This document shows, in pieces, positions 36,005 through 48,574 of a DNA stretch of 64,000 nucleotides. Location of the stretch: contig NC_043020.1 of assembly GCF_006345805.1 (NCBI RefSeq), forward strand, positions 12,648,001 through 12,712,000, written 5' to 3'. Each line of letters begins with the position of its first letter. The first letter of the stretch is position 1. Source of the stretch: Octopus sinensis (lineage: Eukaryota). The position numbers were made by a program, and so were the translations under genes. A model generated the notes under the pieces. It was not told the origin of the DNA and ran no database searches. It saw only the letters and a list, made by a program, of their open reading frames with translations.

Positions 36005-36155
36005 GTGAATGCCCGCAATATCGATGGTTCGACACCCCTGTGTGAAGCAAGCAGCCATGGGAAGACAGAGTGTGTCCGTCTGCTTTTAGCTGCTGGAGCA
36101 TACGTTAACCCTCCACTCTTACTCACAACTCCCTTACATGAAGCAGTTTTCAATA
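36005..36155 (+). CDS. ASB13: ASB13-like exon 3 (151 nt)
   Basis: Acceptor tttttttttag and donor GTGAGT. VNARNIDGSTPLCEASSHGKTECVRLLLAAGAYVNPPLLLTTPLHEAVFN closely matches recalled ASB13 VDARNIDGSTPLCDAC...AKVNPPLYTASPLHEA. Confidence 0.95.
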
Positions 36156-36240
36156 GTGAGTGAGTGAAACTTGATTTCCTTTCTCTCATCACATCTCTTC
36201 CTATCTTTTGTTTCTTTATTATTATTATCTTTTTTCCTTT

Positions 36241-36637
36241 CTTTTACTTGTTTCAGTCATTTAACTGCGGCCATGCTGGAGCACCGCCTTTAGTCGAGCA
36301 AATCGACCCCGGGACTTATTCTTTTTGTAAGCCCAGTACTTATTCTATCGGTCTCTTTTTGCTGAACCGCTAAGTGACGGGAACATAAACACACCAGCAT
36401 CGGTTGTCAAGCAATGCTAAGGGGATAAACACAGACACACAAACACACACACACGCATATATACATATACATATATACGACGGGCTTCTTTCAGTTTCCG
36501 TCTACCAAATCCACTCACAAGGCTTTGGTCGGCCCGAGGCTATAGTAGAAGACACTTGCCCAAGGTGCCACGCAGTGGGACTGAACCCGGAACCATGTGG
36601 TTGGTAAACAAGCTACTTACCACAAAGCCACTCCTGC
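36241..36637 (-). mobile_element. SINE family A, 85 nt downstream of ASB exon 3
   Basis: Full-length reverse copy. Confidence 0.88.
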
Positions 36638-38435
36638 TTGCATACAGTTTTTCGAGATCAGTGACGAAAAGTTACTGGAAAAACGATATAAGTATTTGCA
36701 TTGGGAACGCCTTTTATCGAAAACCGGTGATTGTCATGCGCTGATGACGGGTCAATATCCAGAAACTGCAGTCCGTGCGTATCACTTAGGTTGACGAGGG
36801 AAGGATAACCTCCTTTTGCAAATACCATAAGGGCACAGAAAGTGTGCCTGAAGCCAGCTGGAGACGATGTCCTCCTGGGGCTACAAGCTACAGTAACACC
36901 CACCCTTAGCGGTTAGCCATATTGAGATGGCAAGTATACGCACTGGAGTCGATGTAATCGACTTAATCTATTTGTTTGTCCTCTCTGTGTTTAGCCCCTT
37001 GTGGGTAGTAAAAAAATAGGTATTTCGTCTGCCGCTGCGTTCTGAGTTCAAATTCTGCCGAGGACGACTTTGCCTTTCATCCTTTCAGGGTCGATAAATT
37101 AAGTACCAGTTATGCACTGGGGTCAATATAATCGACTTAATCCCTTTGTCTGTCCTTGTTTGTCCCCTCTATGTTTAGCCCCTAATTGCCTTCTGGACAA
37201 CATTTTTTTATTAACATCTTGTTTTACTCTTTGACAGAAATTATCTGGTATTTTTGGTATTTTATTCTTGTTATTCACTGAATGGTTGTACCATAGGATG
37301 GCCATAGTTAAATTACTGAAAGCACAGTTGCTAAAGTGCCATTCAAATTGCATGATAGTCTTTAGTTTCAGCCTGTTGTGGCTGTAGCTGTGTGGTAAGA
37401 AGCTTGCTTCCCAACTTCATGGTTCTGGGTTCAATCTCATTTGGGCAAGTGTCTTCTATACCCTCTGGCTGACGTTAACCCTCCACTTGTGAGTGAATTT
37501 ACTAGATAGAAACTGAAAGAAAACCAAAGTGGTGAGCTGGCAGAAACATTAGCACGCTGGGCGAAATGCTTAGCGGCATTTTGTCTGCCGCTACGTTCTG
37601 AGTTCAAATTCCACTGAGGACGACTTTGCCTTTCATCCTTTCGGGGTCAATAAATTAAGTACCAGTTATGCACTGAGGTCGATGTAATCAACTTAATTCC
37701 TTTGTCTGTCCTTGTTTGTCCTCTCTGTGTTTAGCCCCTTGTGGGTAGGAAAGAAATAGGTATTTCGTCTGCTGCTACGTTCTGAGTTCAAATTCCGTTG
37801 AGGATGACTTTGCCTTTCATCCTTCCGGGGTCAATAAATTAAGTGCCAGTTATGCACTGAGGTCGATGTAATCAACTTAATACCTATGTCTGTCCTTGTT
37901 TGTCCTCTCTGTGTTTAACCCCTTGTGGCAAAGTCGTCCTCAACGGATTTGAACTCAGAACGTAGCAGCAGACGAAATACCTATTTCTTTAAGAAATAGG
38001 TATTTCGTCTGCTGCTACGTTCTGAGTTCAAATTCCACCGAGGACGACTTTGCCTTTCATCCTTTTGGGGTCGAAGAATTAAGTACCAGTTATGCACTGA
38101 GGTTGATGTAATCGACTTAATCCCTTTGCCTGTCCTTGTTTGTCCCCTCTATGTTTAGCCCCTTGTGGGCAATGAAGAAATAAGAAACCGAAAGAAAACC
38201 GTCATAAATCAGGTAATGTAATATGTATGTACAATAAGCGCTCAGGTTGGTATATCACTAAAATTCATCTTGATCTGTAAATTGAAAGAAAAGTGGAACC
38301 AATAGCAACTAGTATTTTTTACTAAGGATATTCCTTAATTCCTCAATGATGGAACTGGTAATTACTAGTATCCTTTGTTAAGGATACTTTTTAAGTTTTC
38401 CTCTCTGAAGATGAAATAGTTGGCTTTATATAGAA

Positions 38436-38836
38436 ACTAGCAGCATAGCCCGGCGTTGCCCGGGTATGTAAGAGCCCCTAGTAGGCAACGACTAATCCCA
38501 ATCTAGTTCTTTCCCTCTAGGGAATGAAGGCGCATGTGTAGGTTGCAATGTCTTCTCTTCACTCGAATACTTCTATGTATACGATGTTCCTAGCTGTCTC
38601 CCGACAGAAAATGTGTTGCATATAAAAAGCTTAGATTCTCGACCCCATGTCGAATTTATCGATCTTTTTCAGAACTGGGGGAACTTTTCGCTGCATTAGT
38701 TTTGAATTATGACATTGGGCTATGTGTGTGTCAAGTTTCATCAGAATCGGTTGAAAGCCGTGGTCAGGGTGAGGGTACAACCTGACAGCCACACAGACAC
38801 ACAGACAAACAAACTGCCATTTATATATATAGAGAT
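38436..38836 (+). mobile_element. Helitron/Helentron-like non-autonomous element; second copy 45101-45515 (-)
   Basis: 5' ACTAGCAG..GCCCGGCGTTGCCCGGG hairpin, (GACA)n near the 3' end, ends ttatatatatagagat. Architecture resembles DINE-1/HINE-type elements. Confidence 0.6.
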
Positions 38837-39502
38837 CTCTACTGAATGACTTATGCACCATATGCACAGCTATTTTCGAAACAGCTGTATGAGGATTTCT
38901 GTATTATTTCTTAATCCCTTATTTACTCTAACAACTCTGCAATTATGTTTGAATTATAAATTACATGTTCTACAATGATACATGTTTTGCTGGTTCGTTC
39001 TTTCTTTCTAAAATACACACACACACACACATTTTGAGTGCATGCACATGTCTGTTTATGTCATCATCATTATCATCGTTTAACGTCCGCTTTCCATGCT
39101 AGCATGGGTTGGACGATTTGACTGAAGTCTAGCGAACCAGATGGCTGCACCATGCTCCAATCTGATCTGGCAGAGTTTCTACAGTTGGATGCCCTTCCTA
39201 ACACCAGCCACTCTGAGAGTGTAGTGGGTGCTTTTACGTGCCACCGGCATGAGGGCCAGTCAGGCAGTACTGGCAATGGCCACGCTCGAGTGGTGCTTTT
39301 TACATGCCACCTGCACAGGAGCCATTCCAGTGGTACAAGCAACGATTTTGCTTGAATGTTTTTTCATGTGCCACCAGCACAAATGCCAATAAGGTGACGC
39401 AGGTAACAATCATGCATGAATGGTGCTTTTTACGTGCCACCGGCACAGAAGCCAGTTGTATTTATACATATATCTTTTCCTATGTTTTCTACTCATTAAT
39501 CT

Positions 39503-39879
39503 GGAGGCGCAATGGCCCAGTGGTTAGGGCAGCGGACTCGTGGTCGTAGGATCGCGGTTTCGATTCCCAGACCAGGCGTTGTGAGTGTTTATTGAGCGAA
39601 AACACCTAAAGCTCCACGAGGCTCCGGCAGGGGATGGTGGTGATCCCTGCTGTACTCTTTCACCACAACTTTTTCTTACTTCCTGTTTCTGTTGTACCTG
39701 TATTTCAAAGGGCCGGCCTTGTCACTCTCTGTGTCACGCTGAATATCCCCGAGAACTACGTTAAGGGTACACGTGTTTGTGGAGTGCTCAGCCACTTGCA
39801 CGTTAATTTCACGAGCGGGCTGTTCCGTTGATTGGATCAACCGGAACCCTCATCGTCATAACCGACGGAGTGCTTCCAT
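39503..39879 (+). mobile_element. SINE family D (tRNA-derived head) with 13-bp TSD tactcattaatct
   Basis: Head ggaggcgcaatggcccagtggttagggcagcggactcg..gcggtttcgattccc; TSD at 39490-39502 and 39880-39892. Confidence 0.88.
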
Positions 39880-40167
39880 TACTCATTAATCTAATTGCCT
39901 TCTGGACATCATTTTTTAATTAACATCTGTAATGACTTTCTCACTGGCCATGCCTTCCTTGTATATTGCACAAATGTAATTCTTTTTTCCCAAATAAATT
40001 GCACTTGCATATTCGAAGCTCTGATGAAGCTACAGAATGTTATTCAGGCACTGAACTATATGTCCACTGCATCTTATAGCAGAAATACCTGTAAGCTAAT
40101 GAATTTCATAACATTACCATTATTTTTTCTGTATCGTCTCTTTTTCTTATACATACACACCATTTTC

Positions 40168-40225
<58 letters not shown>

Positions 40226-40226
<1 letters not shown>

Positions 40227-40603
40227 GCACAGGAGTGGCTGTGTGGTAAGTAGCTTGCTAACCAACCACATGGTTCCGGGTTCAGTCCCACTGCGCGGCA
40301 TCTTGGCAAGTGTATTCTGCTAAAGCCCCGGCCGACCAATGCCTTGTGAGTGGATTTGGTAGACGGAAACTGAAAGAAGCCTGTCGTATATATGTATATA
40401 TATATATGTGTGTGTTTGTCCCCCTAGCATTGCTTGACAGCCGATGCTGGTGTGTTTACGTCCCCGTCACTTAGCGGTTCGGCAAAAGAGACCGATAGAA
40501 TAAGTACTAGGCTTACAAAGAATAAGTCCTGGGTCGAGTTGCTCGATTAAAGGTGGTGCTCCAGCATGGCCGCAGTCAAATGACTGAAACAAGTAAAAAG
40601 AGT
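40226..40603 (+). mobile_element. SINE family A upstream of ASB exon 4 (duplicated at 41152-41530)
   Basis: Forward copy. Confidence 0.85.
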
Positions 40604-40739
40604 ATATATATATATACACACACGTACTCACACACTCCCTCTGCAAATGTAATTGTGCAACTTGTCCTGTATCATCCTTTAACATCAAGTCTTCGTCTTC
40701 TACATTTTTCATTTTTTTTCTCTTCTACTTTTTTTCCAG

Positions 40740-40874
40740 ACAACTGGGAATGTACCGAGATTCTAACGGAAGCAGGAGCGAACTTAGAGGCAAGTGACAT
40801 CCATTTCGGCACACCCCTCCTTGTTACCTGTTTGAATGGTTACATCAAGTGTGCCAAGGTTCTCCTACAATCAG
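40740..40874 (+). CDS. ASB13: ASB13-like exon 4 (135 nt, phase 1-1)
   Basis: Acceptor tttttttccag and donor GTAAAC. NWECTEILTEAGANLEASDIHFGTPLLVTCLNGYIKCAKVLLQS matches recalled ASB13 GANLEAHDCHFGTPLH. Confidence 0.94.
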
Positions 40875-41099
40875 GTAAACTCTTAAACTGATTTTGTTTG
40901 ACTCTCTCTTTACTCTTTTACTCTTTTACTTGGAGCACCGCCTTTAGTCGAGCAAATCGACCACGGGACTTATTCTTTGTAAGCCCAGTACTTATTCTAT
41001 CGGTCTCTTTTGCCGAACCGCTAAGTGACGGGGACGTAAACACACCAGCATCGGTTGTCAAACAATGCTAGGGAGACAAACACAGACACACAAACACAT

Positions 41100-41152
<53 letters not shown>

Positions 41153-41666
41153 GCACAGGAGTGGCTGTGTGGTAAGTAGCTTGCTAACCAACCACATGGT
41201 TCCGGGTTCAGTCCCACTGCGCGGCATCTTGGGCAAGTGTATTCTGCTAAAGCCCCGGGCCGACCAATGCCTTGTGAGTGGATTTGGTAGACGGAAACTG
41301 AAAGAAGCCTGTCGTATATATGTATATATATATATGTGTGTGTTTGTCCCCCTAGCATTGCTTGACAGCCGATGCTGGTGTGTTTACGTCCCCGTCACTT
41401 AGCGGTTCGGCAAAAGAGACCGATAGAATAAGTACTAGGCTTACAAAGAATAAGTCCTGGTCGAGTTGCTCGATTAAAGGTGGTGCTCCACATGGCCGCA
41501 GTCAAATGACTGAAACAAGTAAAAAGAGTATATATATATATATACACACACGTACTCACACACTCCCTCTGCAAATGTAATTGTGCAACTTGTCCTGTAT
41601 CATCCTTTAACATCAAGTCTTCGTCTTCTACATTTTTCATTTTTTTCTCTTCTACTTTTTTTCCAG

Positions 41667-41798
41667 ACAACTGGGAATGTACCGAGATTCTAACGAAGCA
41701 GGAGCGAACTTAGAGGCAAGTGAATCCATTTCGGCACACCCCTCCTTGTTACCTGTTTGAATGGTTACATCAAGTGTGCCAAGTTCTCCTACAATCAG
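41667..41798 (+). pseudogene. Frameshifted duplicate of ASB exon 4 (132 nt)
   Basis: Identical to 40740-40874 apart from three single-base deletions, which give an early TAG (...ACG AAG CAG GAG CGA ACT TAG). Part of a ~927-bp tandem duplication; may be an assembly artefact. Confidence 0.8.
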
Positions 41799-41825
41799 GT
41801 AAACTCTTAAACTGATTTTGTTTGA

Positions 41826-42070
41826 CTCTTTCTTTACTCTTTTACCCTCTCTTTACTCTTTTACTCTTTTACTTGTTTCAGTCAATTGACTGCGGCCGTG
41901 CTGGAGCACCGCCTTTAGTCGAGCAAATCGACCACGGGACTTATTCTTTGTAAGCCCAGTACTTATTCTATCGGTCTCTTTTGCCGAACCGCTAAGTGAC
42001 GGGGACGTAAACACACCAGCATCGGTTGTCAAACAATGCTAGGGAGACAAACACAGACACACAAACACAT

Positions 42071-42101
<31 letters not shown>

Positions 42102-42288
42102 ATATATAATATATATATACATATATACGACGGGCTTCTTTCAGTTTCCGTCTACCAAATCCACTCACAAGGCTTTGGTCGGCCTGGGGCTATAACAGAA
42201 TACACTTGCCGAAGATGCCACGCAGTGGGACTGAACCCGGAACCATGTGGTTGGTTAGCAAGCTACTTACCACACAGCCACTCCTGCA
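41826..42288 (-). mobile_element. SINE family A downstream of exon 4 duplicate (partial twin at 40901-41110)
   Basis: Full-length reverse copy. Confidence 0.85.
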
Positions 42289-43498
42289 CCTATTTTTTTT
42301 TTTTTTTCTGTTGGTTTTTTGAAAATCTTGGCTTAATTACTTTTTCAATGAGGAAAATTGAGCTCCACTGACATCAGAGATACTGACCAATTTCTGCTGG
42401 TTTATTATTATTATTATTATTATTGTGGAGGTGCAATGGCCTAGTGGTTAGGGCAGCGGACTGGTCGTCGTAGGATCGCGGTTTTGATTCCCAGACCGGG
42501 CATTGTGTGTGTTTATTGAGCGAAAACACCTAAAGCCCCGCAAGGCTCCGGCAGGGGATGGTGGTGAATCCTGCTGTACTCTTTCACCACAACTTTCTCT
42601 CACTCTTTCTTCCTGTTTCTGTTGTACCTGTAATTCAAAGCGCCAGCCAAAGGGTACACATGTCTGTGGAGTGCTCAGCCACTTGCACGTTAATAAATGA
42701 GCTACGACATCACTGGTGCTGAGCTGTATCAGCCTTGCCTTTTCCTTGGATAACATCGGTGGCATTGAGAGGGGAGGCCAGTATGCATGGGCAACTGCTA
42801 GTCTTCCATAAACAACCTTGCCCAGACTTGTGCCTCGGAGTGTAACTTCCTAGGTGCAATCTCACGGTCATTCATGACCAAAGGGGTCACAACACAACAA
42901 CTATTATTATTATTATTATTATTATTAAGGCAGTGAGCTGGCAGAATCATTGGCATGCCAGGCAAAATGTGTAGTGGTATTTTGCCTGTCACTACATTCT
43001 GAATTCAAATTCCATCAAGGTCGACTTGGCCTTTCATCATTTTTGGGTGTCAATAGATTAAGTACCAGTAAAACACTGGGTCACTGTAATTGATTTGTCT
43101 CCTTCCCCAAAATTTCAGGCCTTGTGCCTTTAGTAGGAAGGATTATTATTATTATTAATTATTATTATTTTATTTGTTAGTCTCATAAAAGAGACAAGCC
43201 ATCTTATTTCTTTACTACCCACAAGGGGCTAAAGACTGAGAGGATAAACAAGGACAGACAAAGGGATTAAGTTGATTATATAGACCCTGGTGCGTAACTG
43301 GTACTTAATTTATCGACCCCGAAAGGATGAAAACCAAAGTCGACCTCGGAGGAATTTGAACTCAGAACGTAGCAGCAGACAAAATACTGCTAAGCATTTC
43401 GTCCGGCATGCTAACGCTTTTGCCAGCTCGCAGACAAGCCATCTGTGGGTGTTTCTCCCTGATATGATTTCACAGTTTAGAAGAAACTCAAGATACTG

Positions 43499-43895
43499 TG
43501 GCGCAGGAGTGGCTGTGTGGTAAGTAGCTTGCTTACCAACCACACGGTTCCGGGTTCAGTCCCACTGCGTGGTACCTTGGGCACGTGTCTTCTACTATAG
43601 CCTCGGGCCGACCAAAGCCTTGTGAGAGGATTTGGTAGACGGAAACTGAAAGAAGCCCGTCATGTATATATGTATATATATATGTGTATGTGCGTGTTTG
43701 TGTGTCTGTGTTTGTCCCCCCAACATTGCTTGACAACCGATGCTGATGTGTTTACGTCCCCGTAACTTAGTGGTTCGGCAAAAGAGACTGATAGAATAAG
43801 TACTAGGCTTACAAAGAATAAGTCGTGGGGTCAATTTGCTCGACTAAAAGGCGGTGCTCCAGCATGGCCGCAGTCAAATGACTGAAACAAGTAAA
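43499..43895 (+). mobile_element. SINE family A
   Basis: Full-length forward copy. Confidence 0.85.
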
Positions 43896-44204
43896 AAAAA
43901 AAAATACTATATCTCGCTTTATCTTTGGAGTTGTTCCCCGATGATAAACAAACCATCATTCATCAACATGCTACGACAGTGCCCTCACAGTCCATCTGTC
44001 TCTTTTACCACCATTACAATAAACAGTTTCTAGGCTTCAAACTCACAAACTGTCCACCAGCCTTAATCAAATAAATGTGTTGCATTCACCTCTTCTCTTC
44101 TTGCTATCATCTCTGGCCATGTCCTTCCAAACTCCTCACTAACCTTTGTTTCTGGAACTTACACATTTCTCTCTGGAATCTTACCCCCTGCCCAAATTTA
44201 AATA

Positions 44205-44810
44205 ATAATAATAATAATAATAATAATGAAATTATTGTATACAGTGCTCAGGTGCACCACAACTTGTCAGAAAGTGTGTATAAAGTATATGCAGTAATGT
44301 ACAAATGTCTGGAAAGCGACCAATGTATGAGTCAGATACATGCTTGTGTGTGTATGGAGGGGAGAAAATCAGGTGTAGTGTTGGCGAATCTCAGGAAGCA
44401 TGGAAGTTTTGAAGGATGCAGTGCTCCGACAACTAACAACTGATGCCGGCAGTCTGTTCCATGCTTCAGCAACTCTCAGCGTGAAAAAATGTTTCCTGAA
44501 GTCATGGGAGCTGTGCTGCTTTCTGATTTTGTAAATATGTCCACGGGTGTTAGATGGGTGGAGTTTGAAGAGGTGCTCAGAATTAGTGTTTGTAAGATGG
44601 TTGGTAATTTTATGGGTGTCTGCCAAGTCAGCTGCCAGACGTCGGAGTTTCAATGTGTCCATGCCCAGGGAAGTAAGGCATTCAGAATATGGCAAATGCC
44701 TGATGGAGGGTATTCTTTTGGTTGCACGTCACTGAACGGCTTCCAGGCGATTGATATCCTGGGCAATGCCCTAGGGCTCATACTTCCGTTGTACCATCAA
44801 ATCTTAGAAA
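44205..44810 (-). mobile_element. CR1-clade LINE 3' fragment, second subfamily
   Basis: MPYSECLTSLGMDTLKLRRL...NTRGH...FFTLRVAEAWNRLP; 3' UTR shared with the 18-kb copy. Confidence 0.9.
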
Positions 44811-45856
44811 TCTAGGCTGAACATCAATCATAGGATCCTCAGAGATTGATGTTGTTGTTGTTGTTATCATCACAGTCAGTGCTACCGTTGTGTTTGATGT
44901 TGTTTTGGTTGGTGTTGTTGTTGTTCCAGTGCTGGTTCTTATATTTGTTATTCTGTGATTGATTGTTAAGAAAACCCAAAGAGGCCTCTACAGACCTACT
45001 GATTGGTTTTGCTTTCATGGTATGAAGCAAAAAAAGAGATAAGCCTTCCTGGGGTGAGACCACAGTCTTTCACTAGTTAACATTCCCTTAGAATTTGGTA
45101 ATCTCTCTCTATATAAACGGCAGTTTGTCTGTCTGTCAGGTTGTACCCTCACCCTGACCACGGCTTTCAACCGATTCTGATGAAACTTGACACACACATA
45201 GCCCAATGTCATAATTCAAAACTAACGCAGCGAAAATTTTGAAAAGTTCCCCCAGTTCTGAAAAAAATCAATAAATTCGACATGGGGTTGAGAATCTAAG
45301 CTTTTTATATGCAACACATTTTCTGTCTAGGGGACACAACTCGACAGCTAGGGACAGCTAGGAACATCGTATACACAGAAGTATTCGAGTGAAGAGAAGA
45401 CATTGCAACCTACACATGCGCCTTCGTTCCCTCGAGGGAAAGGACTAGATTGGGATTAGTCATTGCCTACTAGGGGCTCTTACATACCCGGGCAACGCCG
45501 GGCTATGCTGCTAGTGTTATACTAAAGTGTGCTTCAACAGTATAACACCAACAACTACAACAGAAGCATGAGCCCTAGCTCCCAACTAATGACCACCACC
45601 ACAACTACAACAATGAACAGCCAACGATGCCATTGTAAATTTCTTGACCAATCCTTCATTCTTACACTGATTCACTTCAGAGTTGAGAGTGAATTCTTTA
45701 ACAATTGCTGCCATCCCAACCACATGGTTCTGGGTTCAGTCCCACTGTGTGGCATCTTGAGCAAGTGTCTTCTACTATAGCCTCGGGCCAACCAAACCCT
45801 TGTGAGCAGATTTGGTAGAAGGAAACTGAAAGAAGCCCGTTGTATACATGTGTATG

Positions 45857-45909
<53 letters not shown>

Positions 45910-46384
45910 ATATGTTTATGTGTCTGCATTTGTCCCCCCAACATTGCTTGACAACTGATGCTGGTGTGTTTATGTCGCCCGTAACTTAGCAGTTCGGCAA
46001 AAGTACTAGGCTTACAAAGAATAAGTCTTGGGGTCGATTTGCTCGACTAAAGCCTGTTATGTATGTATGTGTGTGTGTGTGTGTGTGTTTATCCCTCTAA
46101 CACTGCTTGAAAACCAGTATTGGTGTGTTTACATTCTCATAACTTAACAGTTCAGCAAAAGAGTCCAATAGAATAAGTACGAGGGTCGATTACTTCAACT
46201 AAAATACTCGCATCTGTTGGAGAGGGTTGGTTTGTTTACCCTTGAAGAAAAGGCATCAAGGGACCAACTTCCACGTGAAAGAGGGACCCAAGTGTTGATG
46301 GGACAAACAAGCTAACTGTTCTAAAGTTTTACACTATGTCTAACTCTAAATTGCCAAATGACTGAAACAAGTAAAAGATAAAAA

Positions 46385-46682
46385 ATCTTTATATATAAAA
46401 CTGAAGTTGTGTGTGTGAGACTCTGTCTCCTCCGATTTAGATTCCTACCTACTCCCACATTTTGCGGTGCAGTTTATCCAAAAGCGGGTATCTTATAGTC
46501 GTTGTTCATATCGAGCCCTTCTGGGTATTAGCGCGTGTCTACGATTTACAAAAAAATTTACCATCATTTTTCCACATTTTTAATGATTTTTGCTCGGGTT
46601 ATATAGGGGAAGTAACTCTCTAAAAATGCTTATATAGTTATTTCCCTTACAAATCCAAGCAACGCCGGGCGATACTGCTAGT
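46385..46682 (-). mobile_element. Related Helitron-like element; second copy 60689-60977 (-)
   Basis: Same ACTAGCAGTATCGCCCGGCGTTGC end; ends 58 bp upstream of ASB exon 5. Confidence 0.6.
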
Positions 46683-46740
46683 ACAAGATATTTTCTGTAT
46701 CCTTTCTCCATTTTCCATTTCTGATCTCCCTTATTCTTAG

Positions 46741-46935
46741 GAGCCAACGTAAATGCTGCCAGAACACATCAAACTCCTTTGCACGAAGCCATAAAACAAG
46801 GTTTGGACAATGAATTCCTCACACTGCTTCTTGAACATGGTGCCAACACACGCAGCTTAAACAACCAAGGTTTGCTACCACGACATTTGGCACGCCAGAA
46901 TTCCAGTGTCATTAAGTTGTTGGATTATTGGGAAA
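46741..46935 (+). CDS. ASB13: ASB13-like exon 5 (195 nt, phase 1-1)
   Basis: Acceptor ctcccttattcttag and donor GTAAGT. Encodes GANVNAARTHQTPLHEAIKQGLDNEFLTLLLEHGANTRSLNNQGLLPRHLARQNSSVIKLLDYWE. Confidence 0.94.
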
Positions 46936-47179
46936 GTAAGTCGGAAATATTTTGGAGTTTTATGGTTCTTTGTTATTTTATTCAGTATTTGCGTTTTTAT
47001 TTCAATAAATTTTAATCCTTGAAAGATATGTTTTTATGATGGCCTCTACCTGGGATGTAGCCAGCCCACTTATGCATTCCTTTCCATCATGGGACACAAA
47101 ACTCCACTTGTGAAGACCTGTTGAGGCAAGTGAAAATCAAAATCATAATCGATCAACATCAATGGAATTTGTAGCTGTG

Positions 47180-47552
47180 ATACCAGTGCCGGTGGCACGT
47201 AAGAGAACCATCCGAAAGTGACCGTAGCCAGCGCCGCCCTGACTGGCCTCCGTGCCAGTGGCACGTAAAAAGCACCATTCGATCGTGGCCATTGCCAGCT
47301 TTGTCTGGTCTCCGTGCCGGTGGCACGTAAAAAGCACCATCCGATCGTGGCCGTTTGCCAGCCTTGTCTGGCACGTAAAAGCACCCACTACACTCACGGA
47401 GTGGCTGGCGTTAGGAAGGGCATCCAGCTGTAGAAACACTGCCAGATCAGACTGGGCCTGGTGCAGCCTTCTGGCTTCCCAGACCCCAGTTGAACCGTCC
47501 AACCCATGCTAGCATGGAAAACGGACGTTAAACGACAATGATGATGATGATG
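47180..47552 (+). mobile_element. SINE-like family C with RTE-type (GAT)n tail and internal ~60-bp repeats
   Basis: Ends cgtccaacccatgctagcatggaaa.cggacgttaaacga(tga)n. Other copies at 6617-6857, 7238-7616, 16870-17070, 39061-39455, 51190-51350 and 57180-57452. Confidence 0.75.
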
Positions 47553-48185
47553 ATAATATGTTTCCCTCTTTTGGGTTTTATTATATGTCAATGATTATCC
47601 GTGTACCAACCCTTTTCTAACCCTATTTCTGTAGAAATATGATAACAACATATGTTACAGTATCCCCAAAATTGCTACCCTTGTGGCAAAATTTAAAGCC
47701 CTTATTATTACTATTATTATAAAGGTAGCGAACTGACAATCATTAACACACCGGGCGAAATGCTTAGTGGTATTTCATCTGTTGCTACGTTCTGAGTTCA
47801 AATTTCACCAAGGTCAGCATTGTCTTCCATCCTTTTGGGGGTCGATAAATTAAGTACCAGTGAAAAACTGGGGTTGATGTTATTGACTAGCCCTCACCCA
47901 CAAAATTTCAGGCCTTGTGCCTTTAGTAGAAAGGATTATTATTATGATGGCATACACTGCCTTTGTTTAAATTCATTTTGAAATAATGAACAATTTAGTA
48001 AAATAACTTTGTCGTTTATTAAGCTGGTTCCACAGAGAGAGGAATAACTCGTGGGAAGCAGCAGGAGAACTATGCAATTGATGGATGTTTCATTAACCTA
48101 TTGGGCACAATTCAAATCTCCTCAATGACTAATTTTTCCTAATTCTTTATTTAGTATAAGGACTGTAGCAAAGTTTGAAATTAAA

Positions 48186-48233
<48 letters not shown>

Positions 48234-48438
48234 GTTAAGGCAGCGAGCTGGCAGAATCGTTAGCACCTGTCGCTACATTCTGAGTTCAAATTCTGCCAAG
48301 GTCCACTTTACCTTTCATCCTTTCGGGGTCGTAGTCCCTCCCCCAAAATTTCAGGCCCTGTGCCTTTAGGAGAAATTAAAATTCCCTATATTTTTTGTTT
48401 TCTATTTTAAACATTTTATTTTCCCTTTTTTGTTTCAG

Positions 48439-48560
48439 AAAACCCCCAGAGTCTGTTGTTCTATGCCCGGAAATCAATCTTGAAGGCTATTAGAACTTAT
48501 CGTCTTATTCCTAAACTCGAGATACCTCAAATCCTACAGAACTACCTCAGTTTCAAGTAA
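48439..48560 (+). CDS. ASB13: ASB13-like terminal exon 6 (SOCS box, stop TAA); full CDS 915 nt = 304 aa
   Basis: Acceptor ttttttgtttcag. NPQSLLFYARKSILKAIRTYRLIPKLEIPQILQNYLSFK* has BC-box-like and cullin-box-like segments, similar to recalled ASB13 KLNIPPRLIDYLSYN. Exon lengths 127+185+151+135+195+122=915. Confidence 0.92.
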
Positions 48561-48568
48561 CCCCTGTC

Positions 48569-48574
48569 AATAAA
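48569..48574 (+). promoter_or_regulatory. Possible AATAAA polyadenylation signal just after the ASB stop codon
   Basis: AATAAA begins 9 nt after TAA; use is unverified. Confidence 0.3.

Larger units (their letters stand above)
40200..42110. repeat. ~927-bp tandem duplication containing ASB exon 4
   Basis: Exon copies at 40740 and 41667; junction lies in a (TA)n run. Confidence 0.9.
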
